Below are positions 24,653 to 37,306 of a DNA stretch of 57,018 bases, piece after piece (within the stretch, counting starts at the first letter, position 1; each line of letters begins with the position of its first letter). The DNA is from Chiloscyllium plagiosum (taxonomy: Eukaryota): assembly GCF_004010195.1 (NCBI RefSeq), contig NC_057753.1:8972806-9029823 (forward strand), written 5' to 3'. The position numbers were made by a program, and so were the translations under genes. The notes beneath the pieces are model-generated. The model saw only the letters and a program-made list of their open reading frames with translations, did no database searches and was not told the DNA's origin.

Positions 24653-25473
24653 GCCATCGCAGGGGCAGGGAAGGAGCGATGGCCGAGTGCCAAGCGCTTA
24701 TGCACGGAACGGCGATTCTCCTGCCCCTTGGATGCTGCCGGACCTGCTGTGCTTTTCCAGCACCACACCCAACTGTGCTCTCCAACATCTGCAGTTCTCA
24801 CTTTCTCCTCGAGGGCAAGGTGGGACTTGACTTTTATTCACTCATTCACTCCTTACAGCCCGTCCTTTATTATGCAAATACATCAATGCAAGTTTCAGAA
24901 AGATTTCTGCAGCTTTTTAAAAATAAATTAACATTCTTCCACACTTTAACGAAGCTTCTGAATATATGATTTGAGTTATTCTCAATTTTAAAAATCAGCT
25001 GTTTCTCACATTCCCTGTTTCCCACGTAGAGTCATCATCAACCATTCTCTCTCTCTCCTTAGAAGGGCTTCATACAGCGATCAAAGAGGGCTGAGGCAGG
25101 AGAAAGGATGGGGGGCGGTCGCTGGTGGTGGTGGAGAAGGGAGAGAAATGGACAGGGGTCAGACTGGGGTTCAGAGGGTTGGGGGATAGAATAGGGGGTG
25201 CAGTGTGAGGAGAGAGAATGGGCAGGGGGCAGTGGGTGGGGAGAAAATGGACAGGGGGGCAGAATGTGAAGAGAGAGACAGCGCTGACAGGGTGTCAGTG
25301 TCCCACGAACGTACTCCTCCCACAGCAGACTTGGGGCAATCATTTCCCAATATACACGTGGCTAAGGCAGTGGAATCATATCATCCCTACAGGCCATTCA
25401 CACCGACCTTCCCAACAGCATCCCATCCAGACCCACTCGTTTACGCTACAGCCCTGCAGTTCCCCATGGTTAT

Positions 25474-25506
25474 TTCCTGATGAAGGGTTTTGCCCGAAAC
25501 GTCGAG
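25474..25506 (+). ncRNA. Minimal type I hammerhead ribozyme motif
   Basis: TTC CTGATGA A GGGT TTT GCCC GAAA CG TC GAG: ACGT palindrome, GUC cleavage triplet, TTC/GAG stem I. Confidence 0.75.
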
Positions 25507-25863
25507 TCTCCTGCTCCTGGATGTTGCCTGGCCTGTTGTGCTTTTCCAGCTCCACACACTCGACCCTAATCTCCAGCATCTGTAGTCCTCACTTTCGCCC
25601 AGTAAGGGGTGAATGTTCTATTCCTAGTCTTTTTGATCTTTTAAAATCTTTCCCCCACATCCTAAACCTTTACCATCTAGTTTTGGAATACCTCTACCCT
25701 GGGGAAAAGTTGAGCAGCCAGACAAAATGCAAATGAAATAAAATATCGAGGCACAGGGGAAAAGAATTTCGGCAAAAAAAGTTGGCTTCGGCATTTTTCT
25801 CTCGTATTCGCATTTGGACGCTTAATGTTTGTCATGATCTGGAGGTGCCCATATTGATGTACG

Positions 25864-26087
25864 AAGTTAAAAATCACACAACACCAGGTTACAGTCGAAT
25901 AGGTTTGTTTGGAAGCACTAGCTTTCGGAGCGCTGCTCCTTCATCAGGTGGTTATGGAATATAAGATCATAAATTCTGTGTTACCATGTTATACTCCACA
26001 ATCATCTGATGAAGGAGCAGTGCACAGAAAGGTCGTGCTTCCAAATAAGCCTGTTGGACTGTAACCAGATGTTTTGTGATTTTTAAC
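25864..26087. mobile_element. PLE-derived inverted-repeat element (paralog of 13393-13628)
   Basis: Same terminal inverted repeats; intact hammerhead at 25916-25950 (-), degenerate one at ~26003-26037 (+). Confidence 0.8.
25916..25950 (-). ncRNA. Minimal type I hammerhead ribozyme motif
   Basis: Minus strand CACCTGATGAAGGAGCAGCGCTCCGAAAGCTAGTG, identical to 13542-13576. Confidence 0.75.
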
Positions 26088-26109
26088 AGTTTGTAACAAA
26101 TTCCTACAG

Positions 26110-26310
26110 ACTGAGCATGCTTTGCGGTGTCAGCAAGCAATGCACATGACCGCCAGTGTCAGCAAAGCACTGCGCATACTCTTGGGTGTCGGCAGAAACG
26201 GCGCGCGAGCTCCTTTCCATGGAGCAGTGGAAAACCTTGGAGGACCGGAAGGAGTCTGGTCCTCCTGCCAATCAGAGCCGGCCATTGTCGAAATGTGGAG
26301 GTTGGACATT
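26110..26310 (+). promoter_or_regulatory. Putative Pol II promoter block
   Basis: ACTGCGCATA, GGCGCGCG and GCCAATCAGAGC; paralog of 13180-13370 and 34981-35150. Confidence 0.4.
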
Positions 26311-27009
26311 GAGCTCTGAAGATGTTGCTGCTCTTTTCTCTCTGCATAAGGTTAAACTTCACCCCAGACTGTAACTTCCTTCCTCTGTCTAACATTTGTG
26401 AGTACAATAGTGTTTTTCTCACCACTTTTTCATTCTGGGGTTAATTGTTGACTTGCAGCAACTGAAAGAGTGAATCAAGGGAGGGGCCAGACTTTGGAAA
26501 AGTTGATCCAGGTCTGTGTCTCAATTTGCAAACACATGGCAAATGCAGTATCACAATGTGAAGTTCTAGTCTTTGGAGTGAAAAAAACGCAGAAAGGAGG
26601 TGCCTTGTTTATGTAGTGATATGTTGAGATGTGGCGAAAGTGAGATGCTGGAGATCAGAGTTGAAAAGTGTGGCGCTGGAAAAGCATAGCAGGGCAAGCA
26701 GCAACTGAGGAGGAGAAGGAGGAGAGTCAACATTTCGGGCATGAGCCTACATCAGGAATGATGTGTGGATGGACAAAGGGGCCTCAGTACACTTCGAAAC
26801 CAGTCAGTGCCAGTTGTCAGACAGGTGCAGCAAGCAATGAGCAAAGCAAGTGGTATACCAGCAAGAGGAATTGAATTCAGAAGTGGGGATGTCTTCCTGC
26901 AGTTAGGTCGGTCATGGAGTGTATTCCAGGCTGAGTTCATTTCACTTTGAAGAACAAAGGAGTTATGGGGAAAGACAAGAAAATGGGTTTAAGACCAGTA
27001 CAGAACAGT

Positions 27010-27432
27010 TACAGAGTCATACAGCACAGAAACAGACCACTCAGTCGAACTAGTCCATGCTGACGGTGTTCTGAAACTAAACTAGTCCCACCTGCCAGTG
27101 ATTGGCCCATATCCCTCCGAACCTTTCCTATTCATGTACTTATCCAAATGTCTTTTAAACATTGTAACTGTACCTGCATCCAGCAACTCCTCTGGACATT
27201 GATTCCTCACACGAACTACTCTTTGTCTTAAAAAAAAAGGTGCCCCTCATGTCTTTATAAAATATTTCTTTTCTCATCTTCAAAATTTGCTCCCTAATCT
27301 TGAAACCCCACCCTAAGGAAAGAATACCTGCCGTTCACCTCATCTATACTCCTCATGATTTTATAATCCTCTCTAAGGTCACCTCTCAACCTCCAATGCT
27401 CCAGTGAAAAAAGTCCCAGCCTATCCACCTAG
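27010..27432 (-). mobile_element. CR1 LINE 3' end
   Basis: Inverted paralog of 12075-12495. Confidence 0.7.
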
Positions 27433-27629
27433 ACGCAGGTATATTCATATCCAGTTATGAATATACTGTTCAATGCTGGTGCCAACTGGAAAGACCAAAT
27501 GACCTATTCCTGCTCCCAATTCTCTCACTCTGTGTCCAGGATAGCAAGAGATCAAATGACACAGGGGCAGAAATTAGGCCATTCAGCTGATCAGATCTGC
27601 TCCACCATTCAACCATGGATCATACATTT

Positions 27630-28340
27630 TGAAATTTGGATTTTGGAAAGGTAGATCAGGGCAGGATCTACACATTTAATGGGGAATGTTGTTGAATAAA
27701 GATACCTTGGAGTGTTGGTTCATAGTTTCTTGAAAGTGGAGTCGCAGGTAGACAGGTTTAGTATACTTGCTTTTATAGGTCAGTGCATTTCAGTACAGAC
27801 GTTGGGAGGTCATGTTGCGGCTGTACAGGACATTGATTAGGCCTCTTTTGGAATACTGCATTCAGTCTGGTTTCCCTGCCACAGGAAAAGTGTTGCGAAC
27901 CTTTGCAAGGATTTGGAAAAGATTTACAAGGCTATTGCCAGAGTTGGAGGGTTTGATCTATATGGAGAGGCTGAATAGGCTGGGGCTGTTTTCTCTGGAT
28001 CATTGGGGCTGAGGTGTGACTTTAGAGAAGTTCATAAGGAGCATGGATAGGGTGAATAACCAAAATCTTTTCCCCAGAGTAGGGGAGTCCAAAACTAGAG
28101 GTCATAGGTCTGAGGTGAGAGGGGAAATATTTAAAAGGAACTTTACAGGCACCTTTCTCACGCAGAGGGTGTTGTGTGTATGGAATGAGCTACCAGAGGA
28201 AGTAGTGGAGGCTGGTATAATTATAGCATTTTAAAAGGCATCTGGTAATAGGGAGAATTGAAAGGGATATGGGCAAATTGCTGGCAAATGGGACTATGTT
28301 AATTTGGGATATCTGGTCAGCATGGACAATTTGGACTGAG
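27630..28340 (+). mobile_element. CR1 LINE 3' fragment
   Basis: LRLYRTLIRPLLEYCIQ...ERLNRLGLFSL; FLTQRVLCVWNELPEEVVEA. Confidence 0.85.
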
Positions 28341-29575
28341 GGAAAACAGAAGTGTTGACATTGTATTTCCAATGCTGTCCATCAGTGGGAGCGGTGAATC
28401 AGTAACTGATATCGTTAGAAACCTTATGATTTTCAGTACTGCAGGTATTGCATTGTCTCATCAGCATTGTAAATGTTACTGGCAGCAGTGGGAGGTGTGG
28501 GCTGTATTCACGAGAAATCATTAAGCAGTTAGATAACACACATACAAGAGAACAGGGCAGGACTTGTCTTTTGATTTGCAGAAGGTGGGAGGTTCTGGGT
28601 GCTGTGGTAAATCTTGGAATCCCTATAGCGTGGAAGCAGACTATTCATCCCATCAAGTCCACACTGACCTATCCAAACAGCAAGCCACCCAGACCCACTC
28701 TGTCTAGTCGTTTCTGCTGGTGGGTGAGACTGGGTAACAAGATTAAGGGTACGTTTAAGACAGAGGAGGAGGAACTCGAGAGTGATGAATCTATGGAATT
28801 CTTTGCCCAAGGAAGCAATAGAAGCAGGCATATTCGAGACACAGTTCGATGGGATTTTGTATGGTAGGTGAATTTAGAGTAGTCAGGATAATGCAGGTAA
28901 ACAGGAGCTGAGATGATGGATAGATCAGACATAATCTTAAAGAATGGCAGAGTAGGCTCGATGGGTCAAGTGGCTTACTCCTGCTTCTATTGCTGTGAAT
29001 GTATAAACCTGCATATTTCATGGGCAATCCGAATCAAGGCAGGTGAGCAATGTAGTGATGTGGAAAATGAACATCAGAGAATAATAGAAAGGGACACGGA
29101 GAGTAAATGTACCAGCAATCAAAACTGGATTCTACAAATCACAAAAATTGAAGACTGTATGGCTGAATGTGTGCTGCATTGTAACAAAAGTGAATGAATT
29201 GACTGCACACGTTAAAGAGAATAATTATGATCTGAGACTCCTTCCAGAGACATGGCTTCAGGAATGACAAGGATTGGATTCTGAATATCGAGGGGGTACA
29301 TGGCATTCAAGTCAAATAGGAAGCGAGGTAAAGGTAGAGAGTGGGCACTGCTAATCAAAGCACTAATATAATCGTACTCTGGTGTCAGCTCGGATTTCAG
29401 GTCCTGTTCTCCGGTTGGTCTCCCTGTTTCCACAGAGTAAGGTGTCATCTGTCCTCAGCTCAGCTGGCTTTCTGCTGAAATTTTGAGCCCCTTTTACACC
29501 TTCCAGAACAATAAAAGTCGATCAAGGCCCAATCTCCCAGCCTGTCAACAATCTCGACCGCGAGAGTCATCATAG

Positions 29576-31079
29576 TGAGAAAGCCTTAAAACTTGTCTTC
29601 AAACAGTTAGGCTAAATGTAATGCTGAATTATAGAACACATTAGAAGCACTGGAAAATAGACTGGCAGCAAGGCTCAGAAAGGGGGGGGGGATCTTAAAG
29701 AATGCAAAAGATAGGGACACCTGGGCTTACCAAGTGATAACAGGATGCTGTAAGACAATTAAGAACGTTTGCCTCAGCATCGGTGAATCTGCGTGAACAG
29801 GACACCAAGTGATAACATTCACAGCCATTCCCTTGTGGAATTAATGACAGTGTTTGATTCTGACCCTCAAACGAAACTTGGTACTATTAAAAACTTTGTA
29901 ATTAACGGTCAGTTGCTGTCAATTATAATGGATTCTTATACCCCTTGCAAGCAGGGCAGTCACAGAAAATAAATCTTTGCTGTTACAAAACCCTGACTTG
30001 AGAGTTCAAAAGGACACTAGAGAGAGACACCATTTTAGTGCTGAAGCCGTTGAATCCAGTAGAAAATTAATTCTTAGTGCTTAGCTGCTATGGATTGAAT
30101 TTAATTGCATTTTGAGACGTTTTGATGATTTTGAGTTGCCAATTCTGGTTATGAAATGCAAACTCTATAAAAGGAAATATTGATAAAGCTTTAACTTGCT
30201 GTTTTACAGACCTTACAGACTGCCCCACTGTCAATTCTAACATTCAGATCTGATGTCTTATTTGAATCACAAACTTGAAAAGAAGGCATGTTTAATTCAA
30301 GACTAATCATTTTAAATACAACCTTGCAGTAACATTTCAGCCTCAGGTACAGAACAATTTTGTGCTTAAGATAAAAAGCAGGAATCTGCTCCCAGCTTAA
30401 AATTATTCTAAACCTAACATTGAAGAGATTCTGACACAATCTGTCAGGAAGCCATTTTATGGTCAAACGTTTGCCCTCCTTGCTAAAAAGCCATTTTGTA
30501 AAACAATTGTATCAGACATGCGAGCTGTGCAAGGTTACCTTATGACATCTCCCACTTAATTTAGACTGGTACTTCTTTATAGGAACTTATCTCGCCACCA
30601 GACGCCGAACTCGGTTGGATTTGTTTTTCCCACCTGAAGGATAGCTCAAGGCCTTTAGGAGCGATCAGTCAAGCACACACAGATCTGTCAATTAACTTCT
30701 CTTCATTGCAAATTATTGTCTTTCACTGTTATCTGTCTAATTAAGAACATGCAATGTTTTTTGTAAACTTTTGTATAAAGGAAGCCACTTTGCATCAGTA
30801 CATTGGAGTAGCCTGTTGGGGCACTTGAAGAGCTGGTACCCTACTCTCCTAGGTTATTAGAACCTAGTTAGTTTAGCGTATAGGTGTCAGTGTTACGTTG
30901 TAACAGTGATGCTACTAGTGAATAAAGGGGATGACTAAAATTAAACTAAATTGTCTGTAAGAGGTTTTTATTCTAGACTTCCAAAGAGTACGATCTTTCA
31001 GACAAACCAAGAAAGAGAGGCTTTACAGGTCTGAGTCCATAAGGACTTCCCTAGGCCATGTCAAATCTGTACTTTAAAA
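29576..31079 (+). mobile_element. Probable solo LTR (~1.5 kb) of an LTR retrotransposon or ERV
   Basis: Unique sequence interrupting a duplicated block (empty sites at ~39568 and ~9150); ATAG repeated at 29572-29575 and 31080-31083; starts TG; TATAAA at ~30775 then AATAAA at ~30921; 3' end lacks a clean CA. Confidence 0.55.
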
Positions 31080-31309
31080 ATAGCAGGGAATAAATCAAGA
31101 AAAATGAAACAAAATTAAACATAAATGCACATTTGGTGCTCGTTCTTAAAGTTTGTTCATTAGATAGTAAACCAGAATTGGGGTCACCCAGGCGTCTTAT
31201 CATGCCCTACTTGTGGAATTCCCACTCCCTTACATCTAAGTATTAGTACCCAGCTATGATTTATAACAATATTTTCAACGACAGAAATAAAACATCTGTT
31301 ATAAAATAG

Positions 31310-31770
31310 ACATAGAGATATACAACACGGAAATAGACTTTTTGATCCAACACATCCATGCTGACAAGATGTCCTATATAAATCTAATGTCCCATTTGCC
31401 AGCATTTGGCCCATATCCCTCCAAACCTTTCCTATTCACACCCATCCAGATGCCTTATAAATGTTGTAATTGTACCGGCCTCCACCACCACTCTGGCCTA
31501 TTTACTCTATCCACCCTTCAGGATTGTATGAACCTCTATCCAGTCACCCTCAGCCTCCGACACTCCAGGGGCAACAGCCTCTCTTTATACCACAAATCCA
31601 CCAACACTGGCGACATCCTTATCAATCTGTCCTGCATCCTTTCAAGTTTTACATCATCCTTCCTGTCCTATAGCAGGGAAACCAGAATCGAATGCAATAT
31701 TTCAAAAGTGGCCTAACCAGTGTCCTACACAGCTGCAGCGTGACCTCACAACTCCTACACCCAATGCATT
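31310..31770 (-). mobile_element. CR1 LINE 3' fragment
   Basis: Inverted paralog of 8490-8965; direct paralog of 39895-40470. Confidence 0.7.
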
Positions 31771-32251
31771 CAATGGGCCAAATGGCCTTTTTTTGCACTG
31801 CAGGGATTTTATGCTTGCTTCATATTGTGTATATCTGATATTCACTGTTGTACAAGCTGCATAGCTATGATTTTTCACCTTCTAATATAATAATGGAATT
31901 ACATCCTGTATTTCTTGTAATCATTTTTATTTAATAGGTCAGCAGGAAGTCATTCAGCAACTTTACTGGCTTCCTTTTCTGAAGCAACCTTGACATTTCA
32001 TTTTCAAAACCTTGACTCAGCTCCATTTCCAGCACCTTTATAGGAAGGTTGTTCCAGGTCATTGTCACCTAAATGAAATTTTCCTCTTAATGTATACTTC
32101 ACGTTACCTGGCTGCGTGAGGGTTTTGGGGATTTTGTGTCATGGATAATATATGATCAGCAGGCATCTGGCAATCTACAGGAATTGTCACCGATGTTATG
32201 ATCATTTGACTGTACTGACCGTGATCACTTATTTTGTGATTTTATTTGCAG

Positions 32252-32912
32252 GAAGACATGGGGAAAGAAATCTGAAACCAAAAGATACATCAACTTCTGA
32301 CAGAGCCACTTGATTCACTGGGACTTTAATATCAGCAGCCATTCACATCGAGAAGAAATGTATCCTTTTGTGTGCTTGAGAGATTTTGGACACTGGTGCG
32401 GCAGGAAGAATACTGAGACACCTGAGTGAGGGAAATCCAGTGCGCTGACTGTGGAAATTGCTTCATACCATTTACTCAGCTTTGAGGATCAAAATCTTAC
32501 CACTCACGGTGGGGAGAGACTGTGTACCCTTGCTGTTTGTAATTTGAAACACAGAGTGACACAAGGAAAGCTTCCCCCCATGTGGAAATGTTGGTACTGT
32601 GGGAGAAGATTCCCTTTCCTATCGATGCTGGAAACCTACAGACGTGTTCACATGGAGGAAAGGGTAGAGGCTGTTCACCCACTCCGTGTGCGGACAGGGA
32701 TTTAGTGAGATGGGCCATCTGCAGAAGCACCAGCGTGTTCATGTGGAAGAGAAGCCGTTCAAGTGCTCCATGTGTGGGAGGGAGTTCACTCGGTCATCTA
32801 CACTGCTGGCCCACCAGCAGGTTCAAACCGGAGAGAGGCCATTCACTTGCTCTCTGTGCGGGAAGGGTTTCACCCGCTCCTCCCACCTGCAGAGACACCA
32901 GTGAGTTCACAT
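32252..32912 (+). pseudogene. C2H2 zinc-finger exon, frameshifted, with premature stop
   Basis: WKCWYCGRRF..YRRVH; CGQGF..HQRVHVEEKPFKCSMCGREF..HQQVQTGERPFTCSLCGKGFTRSSHLQRHQ*; TTTATTTGCAG acceptor ending at 32251. Confidence 0.85.
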
Positions 32913-33474
32913 CCCATCGCAGGGGGATTGAAGGAGCTTCAGCCGAGTGCCATTATCGACTGAATTAATAACCCAGTTCTGGGGACTCCCGGGTTTGAAT
33001 AGCAGATGGTGGAATTGGAATTCAGTCAAAAATCTGGAGTTCAGAACCTCATGATGAGAAAAATATCCCTATCTGATTCACTCATGTTTTAGGGAAGGAA
33101 ACTGCTGTTGTTGGAAAGGATTCACTCAGTCGTCCCAGCAGCATCCTTCACCTGGTCTGGTCTACACGTGACTCCAGATCCACAGCAGTGTGGTTGATGC
33201 TTGACAGCCCCTCGGCAAATGAGCAGGGAGAATCTTACTTGGATACAGGGTATGGGCTGCAATTGCTGGTGAAGCAATACTACCTCCAGGTTAAGGCTGT
33301 TCCAAGGATCCAATTACAAAGGGACAACTCAGTAAACCAACAGTGAAGAAAGTGGGGGTGCAGGGGAGTGTATACGCTTTGACCTTGAGCTGTTAAAAAT
33401 GCAAATAAGCTACTCTTTCTATGCCTTTTTGCTGGGGAGATCTGAAGCTGTAACAAAGTGGGTCACAATAAAAG

Positions 33475-33642
33475 TTAGGCAGCACCTGAGGAGCAGGAAA
33501 ATCGACGTTCCAGGCAAAAGCCATTCATCAGGAATCTGATTCCTGATGAAGGGCTTTTGCCCGAAATGTCGGGCACCTGCTTGCTTTTCTAGCACCACTC
33601 TAATCCAAACTCTGATCTCTAGCATCTGCAGTCCTCACTTTT
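33475..33642. mobile_element. PLE-derived element with back-to-back inverted hammerhead motifs
   Basis: TTCATCAGGAATC T GATTCCTGATGAA perfect palindrome at 33524-33550; + copy CTGATGAAGGGCTTTTGCCCGAAATGTC. Confidence 0.75.
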
Positions 33643-33908
33643 GCCACAATAAAGGTTACCTGAACTTACTGAAGGACTCAGACATGGAAGGCTATGAGAT
33701 CCAACAGGTTTTTTTTTGGAAAGCTGCTCGTTTCTTTCGATCTCCAGTGCGAGGTTTCTAATGCCATATATTAGAAGGAGCAGTCAATGTGTAGCTCGTA
33801 TTATTCGTAATTGTTCATTTTTCAGGACTGCAGGTTCATCATTTCCTCAGCAATGTAAAGTTTACTGGCACCAGTGGGAGGTGTGGGCTGTTTTCATTAG
33901 AAACAAAA

Positions 33909-34948
33909 TTAAAAATCACACAATACCAAGTTATAGTCCAACAGGTTTATTTGGAAGCACTAGCTTTTGGAGCGCTGCTCCTTCATTGGGTAGCTGTGGA
34001 GCAGGATCATAAGACACAGTATTTGTAGCAAAAGGACATTGAATGATATATTGAACGAACCTAGATTGCTTTGAAGTGTTTCATCTTTAGAATGGGTTTC
34101 AGATTTCAGTTCATTAATACAAAAATTCCAGAACTTCTTTTAAGTCAAAGTCTCGAGATAACTGAAGGTTTTATAAAAAGAGGTGACATCTCAGCTCTGT
34201 CAATGCATGAAAGGTGTGAGGTTTGAGCCTATCTTGAGCCAGACTGGTTCTATTTCCAAAGTAGGAATTTATAAAGTATTACATGAAGTGATTGCCTGCA
34301 GATTGTGCATTTTTTGAGCAAAATAAAATGTATCTACAAATATATTTCTGCAAATGCAAATTCACCCCATAGTCTTATGTCTTTCTTTCCTGCACAGGAC
34401 CTCCAACCAACACTATACACCAGATATATTGATGATCTTTCTTCCTCTGGACCCATGGCGAGGAGTCACTGAACTAATGACACTGATATTAACAAGTTTC
34501 ATCCCACCATCACACTCACCATGGACTACTCTTTAGTATCTGTCTCATTTTTGGACACATGCGCCTCGATAGAAATAGAATCAGTCTGACGTAACGTTGG
34601 GACACAGACAGACTTCAACTTAACACCTTCAATGCATTATCTGATTGAGGTGACACCTATTGTTAAAACCTATCTTGAGAACATAACTTTTAAAAAGTTT
34701 TGGGATTTACATACGAAGGAATCGAAACTAACATGGTCATTCTAAAAGATGATAGAGGTAAGCTAAATTTGTTTAATATTACATTCCATGACTCTGCAAT
34801 CCTGTTGCTAAAGAGTCTGTGTATTATGATTCTGCTCCACAACCACCCGATGAAGAAGCAGCGCTTCGAAAGTTAGTGATTCCAAATAAATTGGAAATCA
34901 ATAAATAAATGGTTGGACTATAACTTGGCATTGTGTGATTTTTAACTT
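33909..34948 (+). mobile_element. Truncated Penelope-like element: RT fragment between inverted copies of the hammerhead-bearing terminal repeat
   Basis: ~34395-34562 translates (with frameshifts) to QDLQPTLYTRYIDDL..WTHGEESL..INKFHPTITLTMDYSLVSVSFLD; termini match the 13393-13628 inverted repeats. Confidence 0.8.
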
Positions 34949-34980
34949 TGAAAATCTGTCAGTAATAACCAGCATCTCCA

Positions 34981-35150
34981 TACTGCGCATGCTACTCGGT
35001 GTCAGCAACCACTTCGCGTGTTGGTCATGCGACATGGGGAAACGCCCCACGATCTTGTTTTGGTGAGCCAATGCGACGCTCTGGAGGACCGGATGGGGAC
35101 TGGTCCTCCTGCCAATCACAGCAAACCTATAGATTAGATGCGGAAGTAGG
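34981..35150 (+). promoter_or_regulatory. Putative Pol II promoter: NRF1-like site, two CCAAT boxes, ETS/GABP site
   Basis: TGCGCATGC at 34984, CCAAT at 35068 and 35112, GCGGAAGT at 35140. Confidence 0.45.
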
Positions 35151-35679
35151 ACCATGTGCTTCTGAGGTTGGTGCTGTTTCTCTCTCTCTCTCTCTCTCTG
35201 AATTAAGATTGAGCTTCAGCCCAGACTGCAACTTTCTTCCTCTGTCCAACATCTGTGAGTACAGTGTTCTCTTTTCTCACCCCATTTTCCATTCCGGGGT
35301 TCAGCTGTTGACTTGCAGACATTGAAGCGAAATGGAGTGAATCCAGGGAGGGGACAGATTCTGGAAAAGTTAGTTCAGTTCTATGTCTCAATTGAAAAAC
35401 ACAGGGCAAATGCAGGAACCTTTTATCAGAAATGATGTGTAGATGTACAGATGTAGATATCATTCTACACCAATCAGTGCCAGTTGTCAGACAGATGCAG
35501 CAAGCAAGGCAAGTGGTGTATTAGCAAGAGGAATTGAGCTGAGAGGTGGGGATGCCTTCCTGCAGTTAGGGCGTCATTGAATACGTCCAAGGCTGAGTTC
35601 ATCTGATTTTTGAACAACAAAGAAGTGGATGGTTATGGGGGAAGGCAAAAAAATGGTTTTAAGACCAGTATAGATTGGT

Positions 35680-36730
35680 TACAGAAACAGACCCTTCAGT
35701 CCAACTAGTCCATGATGATCAATTATCATAATCTCGTCCTATTTGCCAGCACTTGATCCATATCCCTTTAAACCCTTCCTATTTATAGACCAATCCAGAC
35801 GCCTTTTAAATGCTGTAATTATACCAGCCTCCTCCACTTCCTCTGGCTGGTCATTCCATACACGCACTACTCTCCTGTGAAAAAGCTCCCCTTCGGTCCC
35901 TATTATGTCTTTCCCCTCTCACCCTAAACTTTTAGTTCTGGACTCCCCACCTCCCAGAGAAGACATTGTCTATTTGCACTATCCATGCCCTTCTGTAAGG
36001 TCACCCCTCAGCCTCTGATACTCCAAGGAAAACACCCTCAGCCTATTTAGCCTCACCCAAGAGCTCAAATCTTTCAAACCTGGTAACATCCTGGTGAATC
36101 TTTTCTGAACCCTTTCAGGTTTCACAACATCCTTATGATGGCAAGAAGACCAGAGTTGCACGCAATATTTCAAATGTGGCCTCACCAATGTCCTGTACAG
36201 ATGCAACATCACCTCCCAACTCCTTACTCAATGCTCTATCCAATAAAGGACAGCATACCAAATACTGCCTTCACTATCCTATCTATCTGCGACTTTACCT
36301 TCAAGGAACTATGAACTGCACTCCAAGGTTTCTTTGTTCAACAACATTCCCCAGGACCTCACCATAAAGTGTATAAGTCCTGCACTGATTTGTTTTTCCA
36401 AAATGCAGCTCCTCGCATTTATCTGAATTCAACTTCATCATTCATGTACTTATCCTAATGTCTTTTAAATGTTCTAACTGTACCTGTGTCCACCCCTTCG
36501 TCTGGACATGCATTTCACACACAAACTACTTTGTGTTTTTAAAAATAAGTGCCCGTTATGCCTTTTTAAAATCTTTCTCCTCTCACCTTCAAATTTGCTG
36601 CCTAATCTTGAAACCCCACCAAGGGAAAAGATATCCGCCATTCACCTTATCTATACCCCTCATGATTTTATAATCCTCGATGAGGTCACCTCTCAACCTC
36701 CTCTGCTCCAGTGGAAATATTTCCAGCCTA
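35680..36730 (-). mobile_element. CR1 LINE 3' fragments
   Basis: ORF 35979-36212 LYRTLVRPHLKYCVQLWS..ERVQKRFTRMLPGL. Confidence 0.85.
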
Positions 36731-37306
36731 TCCACCTATATGTAGGTATCTTCATATCCACTTATGTTGGTGCAGGCTCGACAGACTGAACAGCCTGTTC
36801 CTGCTCCCAATTCTTTCTCTCTGTGTCCAAGAAAGCAAGAGACCATAAAACACTGGAGAATACATTAGATGTCTCAGCCCATCGGGGCTGCTCTGCCATT
36901 AAATCATGGCTGGTAAGTTTCTCAATCCCATTCTTCCACTTCCTCCCCTTAACCCTCGATTTCCCCCTTGATACTCAAGAACCTATCTACCTCCGTCTTT
37001 AATATACTCAGTGACCAGCGTCCACAGCCTTCTGTAGCAGTCACTTCCACATGTTCACCACTCTCTGGCTGAAACGATTTCTCTTTATCTTTGTTCTAAA
37101 AGATCTTCCTTTTATTCTAATGCTGTGCCCTCAGGTGCTAGTCTCTCCTACCAGTGGAAACATCTTCCCCATGTGCACTCTGTCCAGGCCATTCAGTGTT
37201 TTGTCTGTTTCAACTAGATTCCACCCCCNNNNNNNNNNNNNNNNNNNNNNNNNNNNNNNNNNNNNNNNNNNNNNNNNNNNNNNNNNNNNNNNNNNNNNNN
37301 NNNNNN

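Noticed and set aside
29677..29692. Retroviral polypurine tract marking an LTR start
   Set aside because: It is not followed by TG and lies ~100 bp inside the TSD-defined insertion, so it is more simply an internal G-run; not fully excluded
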